Origin: Phycisphaerae bacterium | GTDB taxonomy: Bacteria > Planctomycetota > Phycisphaerae > UBA1845 | Reading direction: 5' to 3' | DNA length: 64,000 nt | NCBI GenBank assembly: GCA_030429365.1 | Contig: JAUIEW010000001.1 | Coordinates: 1,864 to 65,863 of the forward strand | In this document: positions 18,957 through 27,534 of the stretch, piece after piece | Layout of the letters: every line of letters begins with the position of its first letter | Position numbering within the stretch: position 1 is the first letter of the stretch | Notes under the pieces: model-generated | Database searches by the model: none | What the model was told of the DNA's origin: nothing | Seen by the model: only the letters and a program-made list of their open reading frames with translations | Program-made: the position numbers and the translations under genes

Positions 18957-19559
18957 GTGTCGAGTGAACTTCTTCCCCATACGCTGGAAGCGCATCCAGT
19001 GACCGGGATGTACAATGGCAAGTTCGGCGTGTGGTTGTTTCTCGCGTCCGAAGTGATGCTTTTCGGTGCGTTGTTCAGTGCGTACATTCTGCTGCGAACG
19101 CATGGTGACTTTCCGTCGCACAAAGAGACGCTGCTCGATTATCGATTTGGGGCCCTCAATACGTTCCTGCTGATCACGTCCAGTGTGACGATGGTGATGG
19201 CCTGGGCGTCGTTCAAGTTGAACGATCCGGGCAAGGGGAAGATGTACTTGTGGATCACGGTGATCCTCTCCTGTGCGTTCCTCTTCATCAAGATCAAGTT
19301 TGAGTATCTCCACAAGATCCACGAGGGAATCACCCCCAGCTACAGCACGTTCTACGGCATCTACTATTGCATGACGGGACTGCACGGGCTGCACATTCTG
19401 GGTGGTGTGGTCGTGATGCTTTACTTCCTCACGGTCGGTGCAGGGTTGTGGAACAAAAATCCGCATCAGTTCACCAACCGAATCGAATGCACAGGCTTGT
19501 ACTGGCACTTTGTCGACTTGGTCTGGATCTTTTTGTTCCCCGTGTTTTATTTGCTGTAA
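18957..19559 (+). CDS. ctaE: Cytochrome c oxidase subunit III
   Basis: 200 aa, GTG start with GGAG upstream. FGVWLFLASEVMLFGALF ... GLHGLHILGG ... GLYWHFVDLVWIFLFPVFYL. Confidence 0.9.
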   Translation: MSSELLPHTLEAHPVTGMYNGKFGVWLFLASEVMLFGALFSAYILLRTHGDFPSHKETLLDYRFGALNTFLLITSSVTMVMAWASFKLNDPGKGKMYLWITVILSCAFLFIKIKFEYLHKIHEGITPSYSTFYGIYYCMTGLHGLHILGGVVVMLYFLTVGAGLWNKNPHQFTNRIECTGLYWHFVDLVWIFLFPVFYLL

Positions 19560-19619
19560 GGATGTGGTGTTGTCGTCGATGAGACGATCAAGCACGATTG
19601 CGATAATGGAGCGAAGTTG

Positions 19620-19934
19620 ATGGCCGCCAGCGCTGAAGAAGTCAGGAAGAGCATTAAGAGCTACATGTTGGTTTTTGGGGCGCTCGCCGTCCTGACCGTC
19701 ATCACGGTCGCCGCTTCGTGGCTGAAAGTGTCGGTCGCGTTGGGCATCTTCATCGCCCTGGTGATTGCGTCGGTCAAGGGCTCGTTGGTGGCGTCGGTTT
19801 TCATGCACTTGACCGGTGAGAAAGCCACCCTGTACTGGGTCCTGATCATTTCAGCGTTTTTCTTCATCCTGCTGATTCTGATCCCGGTCATTCAAAATTC
19901 AGAGACAGCGCACCTGATCGATCAGGTGACTTAA
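19620..19934 (+). CDS. Cytochrome c oxidase subunit IV family protein (prokaryotic)
   Basis: About 104 aa with three hydrophobic segments. KSYMLVFGALAVLTVITV and KGSLVASVFMHL are typical of bacterial CoxD/CtaF-like subunits. GGAG lies 8 nt upstream of ATG 19620. Confidence 0.75.
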   Translation: MAASAEEVRKSIKSYMLVFGALAVLTVITVAASWLKVSVALGIFIALVIASVKGSLVASVFMHLTGEKATLYWVLIISAFFFILLILIPVIQNSETAHLIDQVT

Positions 19935-20033
19935 TAACCGGGCAGAGAAATCGACCTAAAACGCACGATTTGACCTTGATTTCATCGCCCAACGTTGGCC
20001 GAGACGCCGCTTGTGGGCTACAATTAAAGCACT

Positions 20034-20237
20034 ATGTCACTCCGTACGTTTCACATTATTTTCGTCCTGGTCTCGACGCTGTTAACCCTGTGCGTCGGCA
20101 TCTGGTCGCTGGTCCAATATCGCAGCGAACACACCAATGCGATGTTGATCATGACCGGTGCCAGCTTGGCGTGCATGTGCGGCTTGTTGGTGTATGGCCG
20201 CTGGTTTCTGCGTAAACTTAAGGACTCGCCGCTTTGA
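20034..20237 (+). CDS. Small two-TM membrane protein in the oxidase cluster
   Basis: 67 aa. IIFVLVSTLLTLCVGIWSLV and LIMTGASLACMCGLLVYG. Its stop overlaps the next start (TGATG). Confidence 0.5.
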   Translation: MSLRTFHIIFVLVSTLLTLCVGIWSLVQYRSEHTNAMLIMTGASLACMCGLLVYGRWFLRKLKDSPL

Positions 20238-20548
20238 TGCGTGACGCAGCGATTTTACGATCGAAGCGTCCACGCATGGGTTGGCTCCTAAGCCGGCTTG
20301 TGCCGGTTTGGGCAGCGTTCATGCTCTGCGACCCAGCGTTCGCGTGTGCGGTCTGCTTCGGCGATCCCGATTCCGACCTCGCGAAGGGGGCGGTGGCGGC
20401 GGTTGTGCTGTTGGGTTGCGTGATTTTCTGCGTCCTGCTGGGGATTGCCGGCACCGCAGTCCACTGGTCGCGAAAGGCCCGCCAACTGCAATTGCCCGAA
20501 AACGAGTTGGCCCATCCACCGGAGTTGGATGCTGACAACGCCGACTGA
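20237..20548 (+). CDS. Small membrane protein with CAVCFGDPDS motif
   Basis: Signal or anchor segment, then C-A-V-C-F-G-D-P-D, followed by TM AVVLLGCVIFCVLLGIAG. Start may be 20237 or 20276. Confidence 0.5.
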   Translation: MRDAAILRSKRPRMGWLLSRLVPVWAAFMLCDPAFACAVCFGDPDSDLAKGAVAAVVLLGCVIFCVLLGIAGTAVHWSRKARQLQLPENELAHPPELDADNAD

Positions 20549-20670
20549 CGGTCTTGGGGTAAGTCCCGTTTCGAGCACCCCATAAACTCCACTAGCGCGC
20601 CTTGTCGGTTCGCGGCTCACCTGTTCTAATCCACCCATCATCGACTTAGTCAACTGTTGAAAACCTGCCC

Positions 20671-21789
20671 GTGAACGAATCTCTGACATATCGACCCTGG
20701 CTGTTTTGGCTAACCGTGATTGTGGCCCTCATGTGCCTGCTGATGATTACTGCTGGCGGGATGGTCACGAGCATGGATGCGGGCGATTCGGTCCCAGATT
20801 GGCCGCTCTCGTACGGCTCGCTGATGCCCCCGATGGTCGGCAACGTCTTCTGGGAACACGGTCATCGGCTCATCGGGATGGCCCTCGGGCTGGCGACAAT
20901 TGTGTTGGCCGTCACCTTCGCCCGCACCGAACCGCGCAAGTGGGTGCGGAAGCTCGGTTACATCGCACTGGTGGCGGTTTGTGTGCAGGGGCTGCTCGGC
21001 GGGTTTCGGGTCAAACTTATTTCGAGTCCCTGGGTGCAGGAAAAGATCTTCACCAATCCGACTGGTGCCGATGTCGAAAACTTCCGCGTCTTCGTGGCGA
21101 TGGTGCATACGACCTTGGCCCAGTGCGTGTTGTGTTTGTTTGCGGTTATCGCGTTGGTCATGTCGCGTCATTGGCTATATGCGACGATCGGTAACTTCTG
21201 CCGGGCGTGTGGTTACGACCTTCGCGGGGCAGCCGACGGCTCTGACGATAGCGGATTGCGCTGTCCCGAATGCGGGTTGGATAACACGCTGAGCCTGCCG
21301 CAAAAAATCGCCGCGAAGGTGCCAAGACTTGCATTGATCACGGCGATCACCGTCTTGATTCAATTGCTGTTGGGGGCGCTGCGTCGCCACACCGATGGGA
21401 CGATCATCTACCATGCGATCGGCGCGTTCGTCGTCGCGGTTCACATCATCGCTTTGTCGCGCAAAATCCTGGTCCACTGTGCTCAATGCTTTGTGATGGC
21501 TCGATTGGCTGTCCTGTTGTTGGCCGCGTTGGGTATCCAATTGGGCTTGGGTCTGGGCTCATGGCTCTTGACCAGCGCCGCGATTGCGGCAAACCGTCCC
21601 CCGCAGATTGCGGGTAGGACCGAATGGGCGAGTGCGTTGATCAGCGCCCACGTTGCGATTGGTGCGATCATCCTTGCGGCCTGCGTGCTCCTGGTTGTTG
21701 AAGGAAAGCGGGTTGTGCGTGATCTAAACGGCGATTCATCCCAACCGGTTGGCGCGATTCCGGATCAGGGAGGGGTGGTGACCGCATGA
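20671..21789 (+). CDS. ctaA: Heme A synthase (COX15/CtaA family) with inserted zinc-ribbon motif
   Basis: ITAGGMVTSMDAGDSVPDWPLSYG ... WEHGHRLIGM and second-half His motifs (HAIGAFVVAVH, SAHVAIGA). GTG start. Stop overlaps the ctaB start. Confidence 0.85.
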   Translation: MNESLTYRPWLFWLTVIVALMCLLMITAGGMVTSMDAGDSVPDWPLSYGSLMPPMVGNVFWEHGHRLIGMALGLATIVLAVTFARTEPRKWVRKLGYIALVAVCVQGLLGGFRVKLISSPWVQEKIFTNPTGADVENFRVFVAMVHTTLAQCVLCLFAVIALVMSRHWLYATIGNFCRACGYDLRGAADGSDDSGLRCPECGLDNTLSLPQKIAAKVPRLALITAITVLIQLLLGALRRHTDGTIIYHAIGAFVVAVHIIALSRKILVHCAQCFVMARLAVLLLAALGIQLGLGLGSWLLTSAAIAANRPPQIAGRTEWASALISAHVAIGAIILAACVLLVVEGKRVVRDLNGDSSQPVGAIPDQGGVVTA

Positions 21790-22688
21790 ATTCGCACGCC
21801 ATTGAAATCAGCGCACCGGCGCGATCGTGGACATCGTATCTCGAACTGACCAAGCCGCGACTCAGTTCACTGGTATTGTTCACTGCGCTGGTTGGTTTTG
21901 TCGCCGGTACAAACGGACCGATCGACGTGTCCGTATTGCTGCATTTGCTAATCGGCACGACCTTGGTTGCAGGCGGCGCCAACGCCCTCAATCAGGTTGT
22001 CGAGCGCGACTTCGATGCCCAGATGCAGCGAACGCGAAGTCGGCCACTGCCTTCCGGGCGATTGAGTCCGGTCGAAGCGCTGCGTTTTGCGGCGATCATT
22101 TCGATGGTCGGGTTGTTTGAACTGCTGGTCGGCGTGAATCTGATTGCCGCATTCTTCGGCGCGCTGGCACTCGGTTTATATGTCTTTGTCTACACGCCGC
22201 TCAAACGCATCACGATTCACAACACGTTAGTTGGCGCGGTCGTGGGAGCGATCCCTCCGATGATGGGTTGGGTGGCTGCCCGCGGTGAAGTGGGCGTGGG
22301 CGGTTGGTTGCTGGTTGCGATTCTGTTTGTGTGGCAGCTTCCGCACTTCTTTTCGATCGCTTGGATTTATCGCGACGACTATCAAAGCGGCGGATTTCGC
22401 ATGCTCAGCGTCGCCGATGGGACGGGTTTAATGACCCGTATCCAGATCGGACTGCTGGCGATGCTCTTGATTCCCGTGAGTTTAATGCCGTCTGTCTGGG
22501 GATTGACGGGCCGACTTTATTTCAACGCGGCGTTTGTCATTGGAATTGCGTATCTCGGCTTTTGCCTGTGGCGCAGGCCATCAGTCGACTACCAAAACAA
22601 CGGGTATTCTGCCGCCCGGCGGGCGTTTCTTGCATCCGTTGTGTACCTGCCAACGTTGTTGACTCTCTACATGGTCGATAAGCTTTGA
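21786..22688 (+). CDS. ctaB: Protoheme IX farnesyltransferase (heme O synthase)
   Basis: UbiA-family motifs GGANALNQVVERDFDAQMQRTRSRPLPSG and multiple TM helices. ATGA overlap with ctaA. Confidence 0.9.
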   Translation: MNSHAIEISAPARSWTSYLELTKPRLSSLVLFTALVGFVAGTNGPIDVSVLLHLLIGTTLVAGGANALNQVVERDFDAQMQRTRSRPLPSGRLSPVEALRFAAIISMVGLFELLVGVNLIAAFFGALALGLYVFVYTPLKRITIHNTLVGAVVGAIPPMMGWVAARGEVGVGGWLLVAILFVWQLPHFFSIAWIYRDDYQSGGFRMLSVADGTGLMTRIQIGLLAMLLIPVSLMPSVWGLTGRLYFNAAFVIGIAYLGFCLWRRPSVDYQNNGYSAARRAFLASVVYLPTLLTLYMVDKL

Positions 22689-22741
22689 CCGCTTGACGCG
22701 GAGTGTATTGCTCCCGCGATTGACCATGGAGCGCTGTGCGC

Positions 22742-23677
22742 ATGAGCGAATGGGCCATCGAAGTTTCAGACCTGACGAAGTCCTTCAATGATCGACGGGC
22801 GCTCGATCGGGTCGCGCTTCAAGTCGAATCGGAACACATCGCAGCACTGCTTGGTCCCAACGGCGGCGGAAAGACCACCCTCTTTCGAATTCTCGCCACG
22901 CTGCTTCAGCCGGATTCCGGCAGCGCCCGGATCTGCGGATTCGATCCGGTCACCGCGCCTGATCGCGTGCGCCGGGTGGTGGGCGTCGTTTTTCAATCGC
23001 CGAGCCTCGACAAGAAGCTGACCGCCGCAGAAAACCTTCGCCACCACGGTCATCTGTTTGGCATGCGCGGGCGGAGCCTGGAGCGGCGCATCGGGGTGAT
23101 GCTCGAACGCTTCGACATCGACGACCGAGCCAACGATCAGGTTGAAACCCTTTCCGGTGGACTTGCCCGTCGAGTCGAAATCGCGAAAGGAATGCTGCCC
23201 GGTCCGAAAGTCCTCCTACTCGATGAGCCGAGTACGGGCCTCGATCCGGTCGCGCGGCTGGACTTGTGGCATCAACTCGACGAAGTGCGCAATACCGAAG
23301 ACGTAGCCGTGTTGATGACGACCCACATTCTCGATGAAGCCGAGCGCTGTGATCGCGTGACGATTCTCGATGCCGGTTGTGTCGTGGCGGCTGGCACCCC
23401 TGCTTCGTTGAAGGGGCAGGTTGGCGGTGAAGTCATCCGCATCGATTCAGATCAACCGCAGGCGATCGTCGAGCGCATCGGTCAGGAGATGAACCTGACG
23501 GCTGACGTTGTGGGCCGAACCGTTCGCATCGAATCGCCGGAAGGTGCGGGGCTGATACCAAAGCTGGCTGAGCTTCTCAACGATCACGTGCAGACGATCA
23601 CTCTGGGGCATCCAACACTGGAGGATGTCTTTATTCACCAGACGGGGCGTAGTTTCAATCGGGAGCGCGAGGAATGA
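22742..23677 (+). CDS. ABC transporter ATP-binding protein
   Basis: Walker A GPNGGGKTT, signature LSGGLARRVE, Walker B LLLDEPSTGLD. Confidence 0.9.
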   Translation: MSEWAIEVSDLTKSFNDRRALDRVALQVESEHIAALLGPNGGGKTTLFRILATLLQPDSGSARICGFDPVTAPDRVRRVVGVVFQSPSLDKKLTAAENLRHHGHLFGMRGRSLERRIGVMLERFDIDDRANDQVETLSGGLARRVEIAKGMLPGPKVLLLDEPSTGLDPVARLDLWHQLDEVRNTEDVAVLMTTHILDEAERCDRVTILDAGCVVAAGTPASLKGQVGGEVIRIDSDQPQAIVERIGQEMNLTADVVGRTVRIESPEGAGLIPKLAELLNDHVQTITLGHPTLEDVFIHQTGRSFNREREE

Positions 23678-24489
23678 GTGGGGCGACTGCGGTACAACGG
23701 GCGCCGGTCTCGCTGGCGGTCTACTCGATGTGGCGGCGCGAATTGACGCGCTTCTGGCGGCAGAAAAGTCGCCTGTTCGGCGCGGTGGCCACCCCACTCT
23801 TGTTCTGGCTTGTCCTGGGCGCAGGATTCGGCGGATCGTTCAGCCATTCCGCTTCGGCGACGGATACGGATTACCTGGAGTACTTTTTTCCGGGAACGGT
23901 GGTGTTAGCCGTTCTCTTCACGGCGATCTATTCGACCATTTCGGTGATCGAGGATCGGCAGGAAGGGTTTTTGCAGGGCGTGATGGTCGCCCCGGTGTCA
24001 CGTGGTGGCATTGTTGCTGGCAAGATGCTCGGCGCGACGACGCTGGCGATGGCGCAGGGTTTCTTGATGTTGCTGATCGCGCCGCTGATTGGGATACCGT
24101 GTACGCTGGTGTCGTTTGCCTATGCGCTGCTGGCGCTATTTGCCGTCGCGTTTGGCCTTTCCGGGCTGGGGTTGATGATCGCCTGGATGATGGAATCGAC
24201 GTCTGGTTTCCATGCGATCATGAACTTGCTGTTGATGCCGATGTGGCTGCTGTCCGGCGCGGTCTTCCCGCTGAGTGACGCCCACTCGCTGATCAAGGTT
24301 TTGATGTATGCCAATCCGCTGACCTATGGGGTCAGTGCGTTTCGTGCCGGTTTGTACCACAGTGCTGAGGCTGCACCTGCCCCCGCAGCGCCGCTGACCG
24401 CGTGCATTTTGGTGACAGCCGCCTTCGCAACACTGATGGTGATGGGTTCAATCCGACTGGCCAACCGTCCCAGTCGCAATGGTCGATGA
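23674..24489 (+). CDS. ABC-2 type transporter permease
   Basis: 271 aa, about 6 TM, ABC-2 exporter-like. ATGA overlap with the ATPase gene. Confidence 0.8.
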   Translation: MSGATAVQRAPVSLAVYSMWRRELTRFWRQKSRLFGAVATPLLFWLVLGAGFGGSFSHSASATDTDYLEYFFPGTVVLAVLFTAIYSTISVIEDRQEGFLQGVMVAPVSRGGIVAGKMLGATTLAMAQGFLMLLIAPLIGIPCTLVSFAYALLALFAVAFGLSGLGLMIAWMMESTSGFHAIMNLLLMPMWLLSGAVFPLSDAHSLIKVLMYANPLTYGVSAFRAGLYHSAEAAPAPAAPLTACILVTAAFATLMVMGSIRLANRPSRNGR

Positions 24490-25202
24490 TGACAAGTCAC
24501 GTGGAATCAGAATCTCCTACCAATTCAAGCGTAGCTGAGTGCGGCGCGACGCCCGCGAAGGGGTTGTCGCCGCAGTACGCCTTCTGGTGGGGTTTGATAT
24601 TGCTCTTGATCGGCGCGCTTTTGGGGGCTGGTTTGATGCGGGCGTTTCAGCCGACGCGCACGGTCGTGCCCAAGCGAACGGGACCGCTGCCGGTGTATGG
24701 CAGTGTTTCAGATTTCACCTTGACCGAGCGGGCGGGCGACGAGGTTTCGCGCGACGATTTGATGGGGCGTGTGTGGATCGCGGACTTTTTCTTCACGTCG
24801 TGCGCGGGCATCTGCCCGATCATGAGTAGCGCGATGGAAGGCATTCAGACACGGCTTGCCGATGTTGACGGCGTGACGCTGGTGTCGATCAGCGTCGATC
24901 CCGAGCGCGACACGCCCGAGCGCCTGCGTCAATACGCCAAACACTACCATGCCGATGATGCCGGCTGGTGGTTCTTGACCGGCGACAAGCGCGTCATCTA
25001 CCAGTTGTCGCAGGACAGTTTTCGCCTCAGCGTCGAAGAGACCCCGCCAGACAAACGAAGCGCGGAGGTCGAAGACGTGCTCCACAGCAGCAAGTTCGTG
25101 TTGCTCGACCAGCAATCGCGCATCCGCGGATACTATGACGGCGACGACAAGGACGACCTCGAACTGCTCATCGCCGACGTGAAGGATCTTCTCAAAGAAT
25201 AG
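24486..25202 (+). CDS. SCO1/SenC family copper chaperone (thioredoxin fold)
   Basis: TM anchor, then WIADFFFTSCAGICPIM (CxxxC) and downstream SVDPERDTPE..L..Y. Start ATG 24486 overlaps the permease stop. Confidence 0.85.
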   Translation: MMTSHVESESPTNSSVAECGATPAKGLSPQYAFWWGLILLLIGALLGAGLMRAFQPTRTVVPKRTGPLPVYGSVSDFTLTERAGDEVSRDDLMGRVWIADFFFTSCAGICPIMSSAMEGIQTRLADVDGVTLVSISVDPERDTPERLRQYAKHYHADDAGWWFLTGDKRVIYQLSQDSFRLSVEETPPDKRSAEVEDVLHSSKFVLLDQQSRIRGYYDGDDKDDLELLIADVKDLLKE

Positions 25203-25240
25203 CTGCCATTCGATTCCCTTCGACGATTCCAGGATTACCC

Positions 25241-25660
25241 ATGCAGGTTACAGACTTACCCCATCTGAATGTCACACTTAATGCGCTGTCTGCGATTCTG
25301 CTGTCGGCTGGTTTCTGGGCGATCAAGACGCGGCGGATTCCTGTCCACAAGGCCTGCATGATCGCGGCGATGGCGGTAGCCGGCGCGTTTCTCGTCAGCT
25401 ATGTGATCTACCACACCGCGATCGGTGGCGGTAAGAAATACACGGGCGAGGGCATCTGGCGAACCGTTTACTTTGCGATCCTGATTCCGCACGTGGTGTT
25501 AGCTGCCGTCAACTTGCCGATGGTGATCGTGACGGCCAAGCGCGCATTCAAAGGCGATTTCGAAAGGCACAAGAAGATCGCCCGCATCACCTTCCCGCTG
25601 TGGATGTTCGTATCGGTGTCCGGTGTGGTGGTTTATCTGATGCTGTACATTTGGATGTAG
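25241..25660 (+). CDS. DUF420 membrane protein (oxidase-cluster associated)
   Basis: 139 aa, 4 TM. LNALSAILLSAGFWAIKTRRIPVHKACMIAA...FLVSYVIYH is typical of DUF420. Confidence 0.75.
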   Translation: MQVTDLPHLNVTLNALSAILLSAGFWAIKTRRIPVHKACMIAAMAVAGAFLVSYVIYHTAIGGGKKYTGEGIWRTVYFAILIPHVVLAAVNLPMVIVTAKRAFKGDFERHKKIARITFPLWMFVSVSGVVVYLMLYIWM

Positions 25661-25680
25661 TTGGAACTCGCCTGATGTTC

Positions 25681-26178
25681 TTATGGGGCGCAGTTGAGAT
25701 CGGCGCAGTCCGCGTCGGGTCGAAATTCGCCGCCCAACGCATCGCACTCGTTTTTCGATCGAATCGCGCAATCGGAATTGGCCGCAACGCAGCAGGTGGC
25801 CGTCACAATATCGCCGCAACTCGCGGCCACACAATCCAACCCTGCATCAAAGTAACCGTCCATCGCCTCGCATTCGACGCGGCTTAGGGGTTCGCAGGTT
25901 TCGCCATCGGTCAAACAGCAGCTGCCTTCTTCGCTGCAATCGATTTCGTCGCAGGTTGAATCGGCGCCGGCGAAATTGATGCCCGCATCGGGGCAGTCGG
26001 CCATCGCCACAATCTGACAGTCGTCAACACCAAGACAACAGGCTCCGGTATCCTGCGAGCCGTCGCCATCGGGGTCGTCATCACCACCCGGCGCGGATGG
26101 CTCACACGCCAGTTGAGTCACGATGATCAAGGACAAGATACAAGTCGCTGCGATGAAGCGCCGAGGGCTCTTGGTCAT
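25681..26178 (-). CDS. Secreted or lipoprotein Cys-rich protein made of three six-Cys GxCC modules
   Basis: AAGGAG upstream. Signal or lipobox-like MTKSPRRFIAATCILSLIIVTQLAC. Modules GACCLGVDDC.., GSCCLTDGETC.., ATCCVAANSDC.. match those in the 23-4363 protein. Confidence 0.7.
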   Translation of the reverse strand: MTKSPRRFIAATCILSLIIVTQLACEPSAPGGDDDPDGDGSQDTGACCLGVDDCQIVAMADCPDAGINFAGADSTCDEIDCSEEGSCCLTDGETCEPLSRVECEAMDGYFDAGLDCVAASCGDIVTATCCVAANSDCAIRSKNECDALGGEFRPDADCADLNCAP

Positions 26179-26195
26179 CTGTCACTCCTTTGGAT

Positions 26196-26654
26196 TCAGT
26201 TGTCGCGTGTTAATCCTGCCGCGCAGAGGACGCGGCGCAGGCCCACCACATCGTGTTCCGCAAATGCGCCGATGTCAAAGCTATCGAGGTCCAGGACCGC
26301 CCAGGGCTGATTATCCTCGCCAAACAGCGGTAGAACCACCTCGCTCTGGTCGCGCGGATCGCACGCGACATAGGATTCGCCAAGGTCGCGCACGTCATGA
26401 ACGACGAGGGGTTGGCCCGACAGGAACACCTGCCCGCACGCGCCATGCAGACCGATCGGTGAGCACGCCGGTTTGTTGCGCGATGGACCTAGGATGAGTT
26501 GGTCCGCGCCATCCGGCAGATAGAAACCGACCCACGACACGCCCGTCGGAGAAAGCCGGTCCCACAAGACGTCAGCCACCCGGCGCATGCGCTCTTCGAT
26601 CGTCCCGTCGTCTTCCAGCGATGCCGCGATCGATTCGTAGTCCCGATCTACCAA
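26196..26654 (-). CDS. GAF-domain protein, free methionine-(R)-sulfoxide reductase-like (YebR/fRMsr type)
   Basis: VSWVGFYLPDGADQLILGPSRNKPACSPIGLHGACGQ ... VACDPRDQSEVVLPLF ... AVLDLDS is collinear with YebR-type GAF proteins. A TTG start near 26654 is inferred from the expected N-terminal length. Confidence 0.7.
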   Translation of the reverse strand: MVDRDYESIAASLEDDGTIEERMRRVADVLWDRLSPTGVSWVGFYLPDGADQLILGPSRNKPACSPIGLHGACGQVFLSGQPLVVHDVRDLGESYVACDPRDQSEVVLPLFGEDNQPWAVLDLDSFDIGAFAEHDVVGLRRVLCAAGLTRDN

Positions 26655-27145
26655 AGTTTGAAACCCTTCTTCTCTTTTTCCTTCGGCGGGTCGTCTTTCT
26701 TGACGCGGTACATTTCGAAGTTGCCTTCGTCTTTGCGTGACTTGTACGTGGCGAAGAATTTGTTGCTGCCGGCTTTTCCTTTGTAGGTGTACACGCCGCC
26801 CGCAAACAACCCAAGATCTTCCGAGCCTTCGAAGGTCCACATCCCACGCAGGTTTACCGCGTACAGGGTCGTGGTGTGGTCAAACCGAAACATGCCGCCA
26901 AACTTGGATCGGAAGGCGGCTCGGTATGCGCCGCCATCGAGGTCGGTGACCAGGCATTTCAACTCGCCGCTGTGTCCGTCGGCTTCACTGGTCCACGTGC
27001 CCATCCATCGGCCCGCCATCCCCGATTCCGGGAAATCCTGCTGACCGGCTTCTTTCCAGTTCTTGTCAAAGCGACTACACCCGCTCGCCAGCGTCAACGA
27101 CACGCATGCGATCAGGCAACTTATCCATCGTGTTTGTTGTCTCAT
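26648..27145 (-). CDS. Lipoprotein, hypothetical (beta-rich)
   Basis: MRQQTRWISCLIACVSLTLASGC lipobox. Lys-rich C-terminus. Alternative GTG start at 27163. Confidence 0.6.
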   Translation of the reverse strand: MRQQTRWISCLIACVSLTLASGCSRFDKNWKEAGQQDFPESGMAGRWMGTWTSEADGHSGELKCLVTDLDGGAYRAAFRSKFGGMFRFDHTTTLYAVNLRGMWTFEGSEDLGLFAGGVYTYKGKAGSNKFFATYKSRKDEGNFEMYRVKKDDPPKEKEKKGFKLW

Positions 27146-27156
27146 GTTGGCAGATA

Positions 27157-27534
27157 CTAACACCGACCCGCCGACATTTCCGCAATCATTTTTGCGACGC
27201 CCGATTCTGCAGCATCACGGCACACAGCAGAGTTGACCAGCCGCTTCAGGCGCCCCGGATCGAACTCGCGTTCACGTGTTTGCATCTGCGTCAGTTCGTC
27301 CAGCACCTTGCGAAACTCCGATCGGGCGCAGAGTCCTGCCGTCAGGGTCACGGCCAGGCGATTGCGTCCATCCGGTTCGCGAAAGATCGACAGCGACCGC
27401 GGGGCGATGTGATGGCGGGCGAGCGCCTCGAAACACCGCTGCGGAAAGTCCTCTGACGCTTCGACGGAAAACTGCGCGCGGAATCCGCCAGCATCATCGT
27501 CGATTACCGGTTCATCGTGCGGGATCGCGCTCAT
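27157..27534 (-). CDS. Hypothetical small protein (possible ACT-like fold)
   Basis: 125 aa. Its ATG overlaps the upstream gene's stop (ATGA). No recognisable motif. Confidence 0.5.
   Translation of the reverse strand: MSAIPHDEPVIDDDAGGFRAQFSVEASEDFPQRCFEALARHHIAPRSLSIFREPDGRNRLAVTLTAGLCARSEFRKVLDELTQMQTREREFDPGRLKRLVNSAVCRDAAESGVAKMIAEMSAGRC

Noticed and set aside
18882-19808. 308-aa minus-strand ORF
   Set aside because: It is antisense to ctaE and the subunit IV gene. The translation is His/Arg/Asp-rich junk.
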